From: a virus
Taxonomy: Duplodnaviria > Caudoviricetes
Direction: 5' to 3' (one strand)
Virus record (IMG/VR): IMGVR_UViG_3300027705_000005
Span: 1-64,000 of that record
DNA: 64,000 nucleotides
A program made the position numbers and the translations under genes. The notes beneath the pieces are model-generated. The model saw nothing but the letters and a program-made list of their open reading frames with translations. It searched no databases and had not been told where the DNA came from. Of this stretch, positions 18,081-28,276 are shown piece by piece; position 1 is the first letter of the stretch, and each line of letters opens with the position of its first letter.

Positions 18081-18556
18081 AACAAAAATTAGTTGCATTA
18101 GATGTTAAAGATCTTACAGCAGCTGAACTCTATCTACATGCTATTGATAATAAATTAGATTATACTAAAGTAAAAATTACAGCAGCAGATAGAAAAAGAT
18201 TAGAATCAATGAATAGTAATGATCCTATAACTGATATTATTAATAATAGAGTTAAAGAATACAGATTATTATTCAAAGATACAAGAGGTGAAGGAGAACA
18301 AGGACAATTAAGACTTGTTCTTCAGAATCTTTTAAAATTCTTCAAACAGAATCCAGAATATGATTTTGATGGTTTATTAAAGATTACTAATCAATACATA
18401 AATAGTTTTTATGGTGATTATAAATTAATGAGACAAGCAGATTATTTCCTTTATAAGTTTAAAGGAGGAACATGGATTAGTCCAATAGAAGAATATATAG
18501 AGTTAAATAAGAATGGTAATAAAGAAACAGGAGGGAAAAAGTTTATATTAAAATGA
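18065..18556 (+). CDS. Replication-associated protein upstream of DnaB (possible initiator/loader)
   Basis: Position directly before the helicase; function inferred only from context. Confidence 0.55.
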   Translation: MDIELKQKLVALDVKDLTAAELYLHAIDNKLDYTKVKITAADRKRLESMNSNDPITDIINNRVKEYRLLFKDTRGEGEQGQLRLVLQNLLKFFKQNPEYDFDGLLKITNQYINSFYGDYKLMRQADYFLYKFKGGTWISPIEEYIELNKNGNKETGGKKFILK

Positions 18557-18585
18557 GAATATTACTTAATTATTAAATCCATTAA

Positions 18586-19533
18586 ATGGAGTTTGAATAC
18601 AAGACCATAAGTCAAGCAGGACAAGAGGCTTATGCTTACATGAAAGCCAGGAAAGAAGGAACAGTTAAATCTTTAAAAACTGGCTGGGGAAAATTTGATA
18701 AAGAAACACTTGATGGATTAGAATGGCATACTATTGTATTAGCAGCTGGAATGAGTGGTTCAGGCAAAACATTGTTCTTAAATCAACTTGAAACTAATCT
18801 ACATGATATGAATCCAGAACAGGATTTTATATCAATTTCTATGAATTTTGAAATGCTCTCAAGAACTCTAATGATCAGAAAGATGAGTTCATCAAGAGAA
18901 TTAACAATGAAACAATTACTATCTGCTGATGATGATCATAAAATGACAGATAAAGAGTTAGCATCTATTAAAGATGAATTATTAGCTATGGCTAAATACA
19001 ATATATTTTATATTGATAAGCCACAATCCATAGCACAGTTAAAGTATATTATAAATCAGTTTTGGATAAAGTATAAGAAGCCAATGGTAGTTTCTTTAGA
19101 TCATACTATTCTTGTTAGAAGAAGTGCTTCTGATTTAAATACAAATGATATGTTGTATAATTTAGGAGAAGCTTTAAATGAAATGAAGAAAGAATATCCA
19201 ATCATATTTGTTATTGCATCTCAACTTAACAGAGAAATAGAAGATGTTGATAGGATGAAAAGACCATCAGCATTACAGTTTCCCAAAAAATCTGACGTAT
19301 TTGGAAGTGATAGTATATATATGTATAGTGATACTGTAATTATAAATCATAGACCATCACAACTTAATATAACACATTATGGACCAGAAAGATGGGAAAT
19401 AACAGAAAATGATATATTCTGGCATATATTAAAGAATAGACAAGGGTCTACTCCAATACTTAAAATGATAGCTGATTTTAAACATATGAGAATTGTTGAA
19501 GATCAGTATTTTGAAACAAAATTAACAGGATAA
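18586..19533 (+). CDS. dnaB: DnaB-like replicative helicase (C-terminal ATPase domain only)
   Basis: AGMSGSGKT, NFEM, LDH, SQLNR, SD.FGSD, KNRQG motifs. Confidence 0.92.
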   Translation: MEFEYKTISQAGQEAYAYMKARKEGTVKSLKTGWGKFDKETLDGLEWHTIVLAAGMSGSGKTLFLNQLETNLHDMNPEQDFISISMNFEMLSRTLMIRKMSSSRELTMKQLLSADDDHKMTDKELASIKDELLAMAKYNIFYIDKPQSIAQLKYIINQFWIKYKKPMVVSLDHTILVRRSASDLNTNDMLYNLGEALNEMKKEYPIIFVIASQLNREIEDVDRMKRPSALQFPKKSDVFGSDSIYMYSDTVIINHRPSQLNITHYGPERWEITENDIFWHILKNRQGSTPILKMIADFKHMRIVEDQYFETKLTG

Positions 19534-19809
19534 ATGATAGAAAGATTTGAAGAAAGGACATATAATGAACCAGGAATTAGAGAGTCCAAACATATTAAAA
19601 ATGGTAAAATTCAATTAGAATTAGAATGCAGAGGAAATGATGTTAAATCATTAATAGAATTTAAAAGAATTGTTGGAAAATTATTTCCAAAAGACATTAC
19701 TACTTCTATTATGACAGGACATTCTATTAAAGTATATATAGCTGCATGGAAAGAAGGAATGTGGAAAACAAGTGATACTTCATTTAATATTCCAATATTT
19801 AAGATATGA
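19534..19809 (+). CDS. Hypothetical protein
   Basis: Coupled ORF. Confidence 0.65.
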   Translation: MIERFEERTYNEPGIRESKHIKNGKIQLELECRGNDVKSLIEFKRIVGKLFPKDITTSIMTGHSIKVYIAAWKEGMWKTSDTSFNIPIFKI

Positions 19810-20186
19810 CAACTAAAAAACCATTTACATTAAATAAGAAAATTCATATTGGTTTCTTTCCTAAAGAATTGGAAATATTACCATTTAGTTTCTCTATAAC
19901 TGGTAGAGAAGGTATATTTACAGTAACAAAAGAATTAAAGGACAAATATCCTTATAAAGAAACTGGCATAGGGCAAAGACATGAAATACCAATAGATGAG
20001 TTTGAGTTCTCATATACTTTTGAACCTTGGAGTCCAGGAATACCTAAAATGGAGGCTCCAGTAGAACATGAAGATGCTTTTATGGAAAGATGGAGTTTAA
20101 GAGATTTATTCTCTATATATAATAATGTTCCTGAATCTAATAAAATATGGCTTAACAATTTAATAAACAAATATAATAAAAAATGA
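19806..20186 (+). CDS. Hypothetical protein
   Basis: Coupled ORF. Confidence 0.7.
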   Translation: MTTKKPFTLNKKIHIGFFPKELEILPFSFSITGREGIFTVTKELKDKYPYKETGIGQRHEIPIDEFEFSYTFEPWSPGIPKMEAPVEHEDAFMERWSLRDLFSIYNNVPESNKIWLNNLINKYNKK

Positions 20187-21061
20187 GTAAACAACAGGAA
20201 GCAGCTTTAGATCTATTAAATAGATTAAAGAGAGCTAACAAAAAAGCCAGGGAAACAATGGCAATTAATAATGGATATACTTCATTCTCTGATGCTAAAT
20301 TACAGTTAGAGACAGTGATAGCTGGTAAGAGAAGGAAAACTCCACCAAAGGCTTCTAAAGAGCTTACAGATATGGTTATTGCATTTGATACTACTGGATC
20401 AATGTCAAGTTATATTGAAGCTGTTAAACAACATGTGAGAGAATTAATACCAAAATTATTTAAAGAAAATCCTAATCTATTAATATCTATAGTTGCATTT
20501 GGTGATTATTGTGATATGAAAGGAAGAGGAGTATTTGGTGATGCTTATCAAGTTATTGATTTAACAAATGATGAAAATAAACTAATCAATTTTGTTAAGA
20601 ATGCTAAAGATACAACTGGAGGAGATGGAGATGAATTTTATGAATTAGTAATTAGAAAGATTAATACAGAAACATCATGGAGAAAAGGTAGTAACAGAAA
20701 TGTATTACTTATTGGTGATTGTTCACCACATGGTGTTAATTATCAATATGAAAATTATGTAGAAAGTAAAATTGATTGGAAGAGTGAAGCAGATAAAGCA
20801 AGTAAATTAGGTATTGTTTATGATACATTAAGTATTTTAGGTGCTAAATTTTATGTAGAGTTAGCTAAATTAACCAATGGTGTTTGTTTACCATTTAGTA
20901 ATTCTAATAAAATGTCTGATGTAGTTTATGCAACTTCTATGGCAAGAGGTGGTGAAACAACCAAATCTGCATTTATGTCAACAATGAAATCTAAATCAAT
21001 AGTTGAAGATGTAGAAATGTCAGCTGTGTATAGTACTTATTCAAAAGAAATAATTAAATAA
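20183..21061 (+). CDS. von Willebrand factor A (vWA) domain protein
   Basis: MIDAS motif DTTGSMS, FGDYCD, GGDGDE, LIGDCSPH. Confidence 0.9.
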   Translation: MSKQQEAALDLLNRLKRANKKARETMAINNGYTSFSDAKLQLETVIAGKRRKTPPKASKELTDMVIAFDTTGSMSSYIEAVKQHVRELIPKLFKENPNLLISIVAFGDYCDMKGRGVFGDAYQVIDLTNDENKLINFVKNAKDTTGGDGDEFYELVIRKINTETSWRKGSNRNVLLIGDCSPHGVNYQYENYVESKIDWKSEADKASKLGIVYDTLSILGAKFYVELAKLTNGVCLPFSNSNKMSDVVYATSMARGGETTKSAFMSTMKSKSIVEDVEMSAVYSTYSKEIIK

Positions 21062-21063
21062 AT

Positions 21064-21630
21064 ATGAGTAAATTAAAAAGTTTAAAGGTAAATTCAGTAC
21101 TTTCAGAAAATTCTTATTTTAAGGTTTTATCTATTAATAAAGATAATGTAACAGTTATTGATACTAATGGTATTAAATCTAATATTAGTAATGATTATGT
21201 AGAACAAATATTGGATTCTGCTGATTATTTTACTAAAGAAGAAAAGAAAACTAAAACTGAATTAGCCGATCTTCTTATAAATAATCCAAGAGTAGCAATG
21301 ACAGTTGCTTTTTATAAACAAGATACTCCTAAAACTGCTAAGGCTTACAAAGCGGAAAAGGATGCTAAAATTAATCAGATAATTAATGCATCTTTAGGTA
21401 ATACACAAAAGTTATTAGAAGAACTTGTAGATAACCCTATTCTTAAATATGTACCTGGTGCATTAAGAGTAATTAAAGGATTTCATAGATCTTCAGATGT
21501 AGATGAATTAGGAAGAATAACATTTATTGATATGGAATTGGATGGAGAAATAGATTCTAGAAAAAGACTTATTGATACAAGGACTATTCAGTCTATTATT
21601 TTCAATAATGTTAAGTATAATTTAAAATAA
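21064..21630 (+). CDS. Hypothetical phage protein
   Basis: 188-aa ORF. Confidence 0.75.
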   Translation: MSKLKSLKVNSVLSENSYFKVLSINKDNVTVIDTNGIKSNISNDYVEQILDSADYFTKEEKKTKTELADLLINNPRVAMTVAFYKQDTPKTAKAYKAEKDAKINQIINASLGNTQKLLEELVDNPILKYVPGALRVIKGFHRSSDVDELGRITFIDMELDGEIDSRKRLIDTRTIQSIIFNNVKYNLK

Positions 21631-21637
21631 AAAATTA

Positions 21638-22336
21638 ATGGCTAATTTAATAGCAGTAATGGGAATGTCTGGAGGTGGGAAAAGTACCTCAATGTTAAAA
21701 AATGATGAATTTAACATTAAAGGATTAGATCCAAAAGAAACATTTGTAATTAATGTTTCAGGTAAACCTCTTCCAGGAAGAGGAAGTATGAAACTTTATT
21801 CTTTGGATAAAACACCAAATGATGGAGGAAATCATATTATTTTAAAAGATCCACATAAAATAGCACAAACAATAACTTATGTTGATCAGTCAAGAAAAGA
21901 TATCAAAAATCTTATAGTGGATGATGCAGGGTATATCATGGGATTTGATGTAATGGACAATATCAACACTAAAGGTTTTGATAAATGGACAGGTTTGGCA
22001 GCAAATTTTATGAAAGTTATTAATGCTGCTAAATCAGCAAGAATGGATCTTAATGTTATCTTTACTTTTCATACAGAAATGGGAAAGGATGAGAAATTAA
22101 AGATAAAAACTGCTGGAGCAATGATAGATAACACCATATATTTAGATGGTTTATTTACTATAATTTTAGAAGCAGCAATAAGGAAAGAAGGAGAGGTAAT
22201 TAAATTTGGATTTCTTACAAGAACAAATGGAAATTCAACTTGTAAATCACCAGCAGGAATGTTTTCAGAAGAATTTATTCCTAATGATCTAGGATTTGTC
22301 TTAGATGAAGTAGAAAGTTATTATAATGGAGAATAG
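21638..22336 (+). CDS. AAA_24 / Sak4-like P-loop ATPase (recombination/annealing)
   Basis: GMSGGGKST, LIVDD, FTFH, CKSPAGMF...IPNDL. Confidence 0.85.
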   Translation: MANLIAVMGMSGGGKSTSMLKNDEFNIKGLDPKETFVINVSGKPLPGRGSMKLYSLDKTPNDGGNHIILKDPHKIAQTITYVDQSRKDIKNLIVDDAGYIMGFDVMDNINTKGFDKWTGLAANFMKVINAAKSARMDLNVIFTFHTEMGKDEKLKIKTAGAMIDNTIYLDGLFTIILEAAIRKEGEVIKFGFLTRTNGNSTCKSPAGMFSEEFIPNDLGFVLDEVESYYNGE

Positions 22337-22387
22337 TTTAAGAGAAAATAGAATAAATAATAATTTTAATATTAAAACAAACAAACA

Positions 22388-22660
22388 ATGCAACTAAGCA
22401 AAAAAAGATTGACAGAGCTTTGCTCAAATGGTACCTTTAATGAGGTACATTCAACATTAGAATCAGAACAAGGTATTACAATACCTAAAATGACATTGAA
22501 AAATGCAATTAAAAATTGTGGACTTTCTTGTAAAAATGCAAGAATTTCTATTAGTATCATAGATGATACAGAAAGTGATGGAGATATTATTGGATCAACC
22601 AATACATATTTTGAAGAAACAGAAGTTTCTCATCCAGCATCACAAGTAAATAATTATTAA
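22388..22660 (+). CDS. Hypothetical protein
   Basis: ORF with A-rich leader. Confidence 0.6.
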   Translation: MQLSKKRLTELCSNGTFNEVHSTLESEQGITIPKMTLKNAIKNCGLSCKNARISISIIDDTESDGDIIGSTNTYFEETEVSHPASQVNNY

Positions 22661-22694
22661 TTAAATCAATCTTAAAAATAAAAATATAATATAT

Positions 22695-23339
22695 ATGAGT
22701 AATCAGAATCCATTTATTACACCCAACAAAGAATACATGAAAGCTGGGATAAATGAAAATGTAGTAATTAAAGAATTTAGATATGAGTTTACTGAGAAGT
22801 ATGAAGCATGTGTAATTGTATATGGTATGGGAGAAGCAACAATGAAAGATATGATCTTTCCTGTTAAACCAGAATATGCAAATCCATTAAAAAGGAAAAA
22901 TAGAGAAACTGGAGAAGAAGAAGAGGAAACTAAAGATGAAGCTATCAATAGAAATTGGGGATATAAAAATAATAAATTAAGAAGTATTATTACCAATTTT
23001 GTTACTGATGCTCAATTAGATGAAGCAATGAACAAAGCTAAACCAGCTACTTACAAAGAAGCAATTGAGGTTTATGTTAGTTTATTACCAGCAGATTTCT
23101 CTACAAGAAAAGGTAGATTATTTACTTGGTATAAGAAAAATGGTTTTCTTGAAGTTCCTGATAGAAATGATGCATTAGTAGGTAAAAGATTATTTACTTT
23201 AGATCCAGAGAACAACATGACTATTAGTTATGCTCCAAATCAAAGTAAATTAACAAGACCAGCACCATTAGATCAAGCTAATACTGCTACAGCAGATGTA
23301 GCTACAACAGGTAATGCTGATGACCTCCCTTGGGGTTAA
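22695..23339 (+). CDS. Probable single-stranded DNA-binding protein
   Basis: Acidic-aromatic tail ADDLPWG; lies between the Sak4-like ATPase and primase. Confidence 0.65.
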   Translation: MSNQNPFITPNKEYMKAGINENVVIKEFRYEFTEKYEACVIVYGMGEATMKDMIFPVKPEYANPLKRKNRETGEEEEETKDEAINRNWGYKNNKLRSIITNFVTDAQLDEAMNKAKPATYKEAIEVYVSLLPADFSTRKGRLFTWYKKNGFLEVPDRNDALVGKRLFTLDPENNMTISYAPNQSKLTRPAPLDQANTATADVATTGNADDLPWG

Positions 23340-24294
23340 TATTCTTTGGCAACCTTATATAAATATTAATGAATTAATGCCACAAATAGATCAGATGAAA
23401 GTCTGGTCTATTTTATGTGGCTATTCTGTTAAACCAGATGAAAAGATCACAAATCCATTAAGAGGAGATGAACATCCTGATTGCTGGATTAGTAAAAGAG
23501 GAATATGGTATAGATTATTTGATTATGCTGATCAAACATTTAATAGTATGTCTATTATTGCAGCAATACAATATAAATATAACTGTAATGTTATTAATGC
23601 TTTAAATAAACTTAAAGAACTTAATAATGGAGTAGTTGATAATTATATTAAAATTGAATATGATACATACCATGATAAGTCTAAATTTAACTTTAAATTA
23701 GATTACACACCAAGACACTTTATTGTAAGAGATAAGAAATATTGGGAATTAAGAGGAGTAAGTAAAGAACAATTAGAAGATGATGGATTACAAGCTATAT
23801 ATAACTATAGATGTAATACTAAAAGATTCCCTGATGATTATTTTTATGCTTATCCATTACAAGCATTTGTTATTAAATTTGAATCTGGTAATGTTAAGAT
23901 ATTCTTACCTGAAACAAAACAAAGATTTATAACAAATTGTACACAAGAAGATATTGGTGGAAAATTTAATAAAGAAGGTGATCAATTAATTGTAGCTAAA
24001 TCATATAAAGATTATAGACAATTAAAGAATCTTGGTTATAACACTTGCTGGACTATGAATGAGGGATGTCAACCTAAATCATTAATTAATTTAGCAACAC
24101 AATTTAAAGAAGTTGTGATTTTCTATGATAATGACAAAGCTGGAATAAAAGCAGCACATAAATTATCAGAGAAAATACCTAATTCAAGAACAGTATTTAT
24201 ACCAGAAGATTTTGGATCAAAAGATCCAGATGACCTAAAGGTTATGTACTGGGATATTGAAGAAATAATAAATAATATTATAAACAACAAATAA
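23314..24294 (+). CDS. dnaG: DnaG-type primase (TOPRIM)
   Basis: NPLRGDEHPDC N-terminal remnant; KSYKD, FYDNDKAG, SKDPDD; exact start uncertain. Confidence 0.88.
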   Translation: MLMTSLGVNILWQPYININELMPQIDQMKVWSILCGYSVKPDEKITNPLRGDEHPDCWISKRGIWYRLFDYADQTFNSMSIIAAIQYKYNCNVINALNKLKELNNGVVDNYIKIEYDTYHDKSKFNFKLDYTPRHFIVRDKKYWELRGVSKEQLEDDGLQAIYNYRCNTKRFPDDYFYAYPLQAFVIKFESGNVKIFLPETKQRFITNCTQEDIGGKFNKEGDQLIVAKSYKDYRQLKNLGYNTCWTMNEGCQPKSLINLATQFKEVVIFYDNDKAGIKAAHKLSEKIPNSRTVFIPEDFGSKDPDDLKVMYWDIEEIINNIINNK

Positions 24295-24307
24295 TTAAAT
24301 TCTTATA

Positions 24308-24829
24308 ATGAGAAAAGTAAAAGTAATGTCACCTAACAAAAATGTGACTTTTGAAACATCCTCTAATACATGGGGAGAATTATCCAGTGAAATATCAGGA
24401 ACACATGGTATATCATTAACTAACATGGTTGCCATTTGTGGTAATAATAAATTATCATTTGAACTTCCACAAGCTAAATTACCAGTATTTGATGGTCCTG
24501 TAGATTTAGTAGTTATGATTGTACAAGGTAAAACCAATAAAGGTTCTGATTACTCAGAAGCTAAAGAATTTATTAGACAAGAAAGAGTTGATAATCCTGA
24601 TAAAGCCAAAGATTTCTTTGGTAATTATACACAATTATCTACAGAAAAAATGCTTAATTTAGTTAAACTATATAAAGCAAAATATAAAAATAGAAAAACT
24701 GTTGCTTCTACTCCTACTGAAACTAAAACAAAAAGTAAAGTAGAAACTGTAGTAACAGATATTAATCATTATGATCAAATAGATAAAGAAGTATATGCAG
24801 AGGTTTCTAAATCAGCTAAAAAAAGATAA
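24308..24829 (+). CDS. Ubiquitin-like (beta-grasp) domain ending ...KTNKG79 plus a C-terminal extension
   Basis: Strand-strand-helix pattern (KVKVM / VTFET / TWGELSSEI) and final strand VDLVVMIV; about 79 aa to a KG; first gene of the E2/JAB/E1 cluster. Confidence 0.6.
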   Translation: MRKVKVMSPNKNVTFETSSNTWGELSSEISGTHGISLTNMVAICGNNKLSFELPQAKLPVFDGPVDLVVMIVQGKTNKGSDYSEAKEFIRQERVDNPDKAKDFFGNYTQLSTEKMLNLVKLYKAKYKNRKTVASTPTETKTKSKVETVVTDINHYDQIDKEVYAEVSKSAKKR

Positions 24830-25622
24830 TAGTCTTTTATATAATAAGTTAAAAAGAGTAGATTATAGTAATCATATTAATGTATTAAATTACTTAGATG
24901 AAAACTTTGATTTATATGTATATCAATCAGAAGATGATTTTATTTATAAGAAATATAGAATAGGGTTTAAGGTTCCTGATTTTGAAATAACTAATTCAAA
25001 AGGTTATAATACTAAAATTACTGATTTTATTATAATGCCATTTAAGATAACTAATAATAAATTAATTGCAGATCATTCTTATTTAAGAGAAACATGGGAT
25101 TACAAACAAAATAATATGAACTATGTACATTCACATGTAAATACAATGTTTGGTATTATGTGTCTTGGTTCTAGTGACCATCTTAAATCTGCTTTTTATG
25201 AATTTGATGATGTAGATACAATACATTATAATATTACTCAGTTCATAGAAGCTCTAAAATGGGAATCTGTAGAAGGAGGACCTTATAAAAAAATATCTGC
25301 TAATGATAATATTAATTTAGAAATAGATGATATAGAAATAGATCCTGATTCTGTAAGTTATGATAATAAAGAAATTAAAATAACTCTTGATGATTCAAGG
25401 TATAGATCTAGTGAATTTAAAGTACAAAGGTTTCCTAATAACCAATATAAAGATAGAATTTATTATAAAAATGGTCATAAGAAACATATTAAAACATTAG
25501 CTAAATATGAAGTACAGACATTTGATTCAATTAAAAAACAATTAACAGAAAAGTATTATGGAGAAGCAATTACAGAGCGAATCAAAGCTGATAGAGAACA
25601 ACATGTTCTCACCAACAGTTAA
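24795..25622 (+). CDS. Prokaryotic E2-like (UBC-fold) protein
   Basis: YVHSHVNTMFGIMCLG parallels the E2 HPN(I/V)...G.(I/V)CL active-site signature; gene context. Confidence 0.65.
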   Translation: MQRFLNQLKKDNSLLYNKLKRVDYSNHINVLNYLDENFDLYVYQSEDDFIYKKYRIGFKVPDFEITNSKGYNTKITDFIIMPFKITNNKLIADHSYLRETWDYKQNNMNYVHSHVNTMFGIMCLGSSDHLKSAFYEFDDVDTIHYNITQFIEALKWESVEGGPYKKISANDNINLEIDDIEIDPDSVSYDNKEIKITLDDSRYRSSEFKVQRFPNNQYKDRIYYKNGHKKHIKTLAKYEVQTFDSIKKQLTEKYYGEAITERIKADREQHVLTNS

Positions 25623-26469
25623 AATATCAGAAGAATTTGTTAAAAAATGTGATTATTTATGTAAAAAGATTAGTAAATTAGAATGGTCTGGAGTTCTATT
25701 TTATGAATTATTAAATCAAAATTCTAAAGATTTATCAGATTTAGTATTTGAAGTAAAAGATATTTACTTGTTAGATATTGGTACAGCAGGTAGTACATCA
25801 TATGAGGAAAAGAATGATGATGCTTATTTAGACTACTTAATGACAGTTCCTGATACTTGGCAAAGGGGCAGTATTCATAGTCATAATAGCATGAACGTAT
25901 TTTTCAGCAGTATTGATATTTCAGATTTAGCTATATTTGCTGATGGTTTAAATATGTATTTAAGTTTAGTAGTAAACAATAAACTAGAATTTGATGCAAG
26001 AATTACACATAAGTGTAGAGCAAAGACAGAAATTGTAGATTCATTAGGTAATAAATTTACTGGTAATGAAAATTTAATTTATGTTTATGATCCATATATT
26101 GAAGTTGATGTAGAATCTAATCCAGAATTAGATGCATTAATTGATAATTTATATATGATAAATGCAGCAAGAAAACCAGTATATACACAAAAGTCTATAT
26201 TTGAAGCAGATAAGAAACCTACGAATGCAATACAAGAGGATTCTCTTTATGATTCAATTATAGAAGATTTTGCAGAAGAATGGTTAGAATTAGATGATGA
26301 TAAGAAATCATTAAGTAATACAAATATATTATCAAAACAATATTTTCAAACAACAATTGACGATATAGATGAAGGTTTATTTAATGATGTACATGCTGCA
26401 ATATCTGCTATAGGAGATGAAAAAGATGAGAAATTATTTTATGATTTAATAATGACAGTAGGTGTATGA
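25558..26469 (+). CDS. JAB/MPN+ (JAMM) metallo-isopeptidase
   Basis: EWSGVLFY...GSIHSHNSMNVFFSSID = E...HxH-x7-S-x2-D. Confidence 0.88.
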   Translation: MEKQLQSESKLIENNMFSPTVKISEEFVKKCDYLCKKISKLEWSGVLFYELLNQNSKDLSDLVFEVKDIYLLDIGTAGSTSYEEKNDDAYLDYLMTVPDTWQRGSIHSHNSMNVFFSSIDISDLAIFADGLNMYLSLVVNNKLEFDARITHKCRAKTEIVDSLGNKFTGNENLIYVYDPYIEVDVESNPELDALIDNLYMINAARKPVYTQKSIFEADKKPTNAIQEDSLYDSIIEDFAEEWLELDDDKKSLSNTNILSKQYFQTTIDDIDEGLFNDVHAAISAIGDEKDEKLFYDLIMTVGV

Positions 26470-27155
26470 GTAAAGAAACTTATTTAGAGAGGTGTAAGGG
26501 AGCTATATGGTTCCCTTTTACATCTCAACAAGAAGTATTAATAGTAGGTGCTGGAGGATCAGGTTCATTTACTGCATTAGCTATTTCAAGACTTGGATGT
26601 GATCTAATTGTCTATGACTTAGATAGCTATGAAAGTCATAATATGACTGGTCAGTTAGCACAAATTAATGATATTGGCATTAATAAAGCTGTAGCTATTA
26701 GAGAAACATTACATGGATTTAGTCCATCTTGTAGAATTAATGCAATAGAGAAGATGTATGATGATAATTCTATGACTTGCCCTATTACAGTATGTTGTCC
26801 TGATAATAATGCAACCAGGAGGCTTGTATTTAATAAATGGATTGAACAGCAATGGGAAAATCCATATGCTATCTATTTAGATATTAGAATTGGCTGGGAT
26901 ATCATAGAAATATTTTGTGTAACCAGAGATAAAGCTGAAGATTATAGAAATACATTATTGGATGATTCTAATTATGGAGATGATATGTGTACTACTAAAC
27001 AAACTACATATACAGCACAAATAGGTGGAGGAATGATTGCTAATTATTTAAAAAATTATATTATGCAAGTTGAAGAAGCTACTATATTTGATATACCTTT
27101 TTATACTAATTATAATTTAACTAAAATGGAAATAAGTCATGATTTGGGATATTAA
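26466..27155 (+). CDS. ThiF/E1-like adenylating enzyme
   Basis: VLIVGAGGSGS, YDLDSYESHNMTGQ, GINKA, DNNATR; candidate catalytic Cys in DDMCT. Confidence 0.92.
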   Translation: MSKETYLERCKGAIWFPFTSQQEVLIVGAGGSGSFTALAISRLGCDLIVYDLDSYESHNMTGQLAQINDIGINKAVAIRETLHGFSPSCRINAIEKMYDDNSMTCPITVCCPDNNATRRLVFNKWIEQQWENPYAIYLDIRIGWDIIEIFCVTRDKAEDYRNTLLDDSNYGDDMCTTKQTTYTAQIGGGMIANYLKNYIMQVEEATIFDIPFYTNYNLTKMEISHDLGY

Positions 27156-27534
27156 AAATATAAAGAAATGTGATAATCCACAACCTCTTTTAAAGTCCAT
27201 GAAGATGAAGAAATATAAATATTTTTATAGTAGAAGGGCAGGAGTAAATGTAATTACTGGACATAATAAATTATTTGTTATAGATAGAAATAATATTAAA
27301 TTAGGAGCTTTTGTGAATGAGGATGGTTCAGTAATAAAGGAGAATAACTTAAATTATTATTTAGAAAGAATGATTCAAGGTAGAGGTAATTGGAGTAGTT
27401 TAGAAGGTTTTACAAATCTTGAAAAGCATATAAAAGGTGAAATAATATTTAATAATACAGAAGAAAAAAATAAAGCAATAAAAAATGCAACAAAAGCAAT
27501 TAACTCTAGAATTAGATCAGTTACTATTAGGTAA
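27139..27534 (+). CDS. Hypothetical protein coupled to the E1 gene
   Basis: Overlapping ORF. Confidence 0.65.
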   Translation: MIWDIKNIKKCDNPQPLLKSMKMKKYKYFYSRRAGVNVITGHNKLFVIDRNNIKLGAFVNEDGSVIKENNLNYYLERMIQGRGNWSSLEGFTNLEKHIKGEIIFNNTEEKNKAIKNATKAINSRIRSVTIR

Positions 27535-28255
27535 GAAATACCAAAGAGGTGGATCAATATATCCAAGTACATCAGAATTAGTGAGTCCATTTATAGACAA
27601 TCTTTCTAAATACACAACTGATTTTAAAATTACAGTAGTTGAACCGAATGAGGGTACAGCTACAACAGAAGAAGATATAGATAAGACTTATACAAGAGTA
27701 CTTATTGAAGGTTACATGCCTAATATCTTACAAGAAAATCATAGAAAAACTATTAGCATGCTTTACGGATTGGATGTACAAACTCCAGTTGTAAAGATAT
27801 ATTCTGGTTGGGAAAACATGGCTTGTTTAAATTTAAGTGTATTTTCTCCTAAGAATATTGCTATTAGTAGATTATCTGATACAAACTTCAGTTCTATTTA
27901 TGACCATGTTGCAGAATATGGTGATCAGATAGGTGAAGAGCAAGAACAGTTAGAAAATGCAATAACAGATCTTAATGCTGAACAATATGGTACAAGAGCA
28001 GAACTTAATGAAAGAATAGGAAGATTGGCACATTCTTGTTTAACATCACAAGGTTTATCTTCAGCTTATTGTAATATGGTTTCTTTTATTAATTCTCCTA
28101 AAGAGAAGAATGGAGTTAAGAACATATATTACAAACCAGCACAAGATTATACTGGTTGGGATTTATATCAAGCATTAACAGCAACACCATCTAATAAGTC
28201 ATTGGATAAAGCAAATGATGTATTAAAGATATGGAAATTATTTAGTGAGAACTAA
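27485..28255 (+). CDS. DUF932-like phage protein
   Basis: GWENMACLNL motif and TGWDLYQALT C-terminal helix. Confidence 0.6.
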   Translation: MQQKQLTLELDQLLLGKKYQRGGSIYPSTSELVSPFIDNLSKYTTDFKITVVEPNEGTATTEEDIDKTYTRVLIEGYMPNILQENHRKTISMLYGLDVQTPVVKIYSGWENMACLNLSVFSPKNIAISRLSDTNFSSIYDHVAEYGDQIGEEQEQLENAITDLNAEQYGTRAELNERIGRLAHSCLTSQGLSSAYCNMVSFINSPKEKNGVKNIYYKPAQDYTGWDLYQALTATPSNKSLDKANDVLKIWKLFSEN

Positions 28256-28276
28256 TCATTTTATAGAATTTATTCT

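Noticed and set aside
26466-27155. ThiF as a thiamine/molybdopterin or microcin biosynthesis gene
   Set aside because: No ThiS/MoaD-type GG-terminated carrier, cofactor genes or precursor peptide nearby; the E2- and JAB-like neighbours fit protein conjugation better
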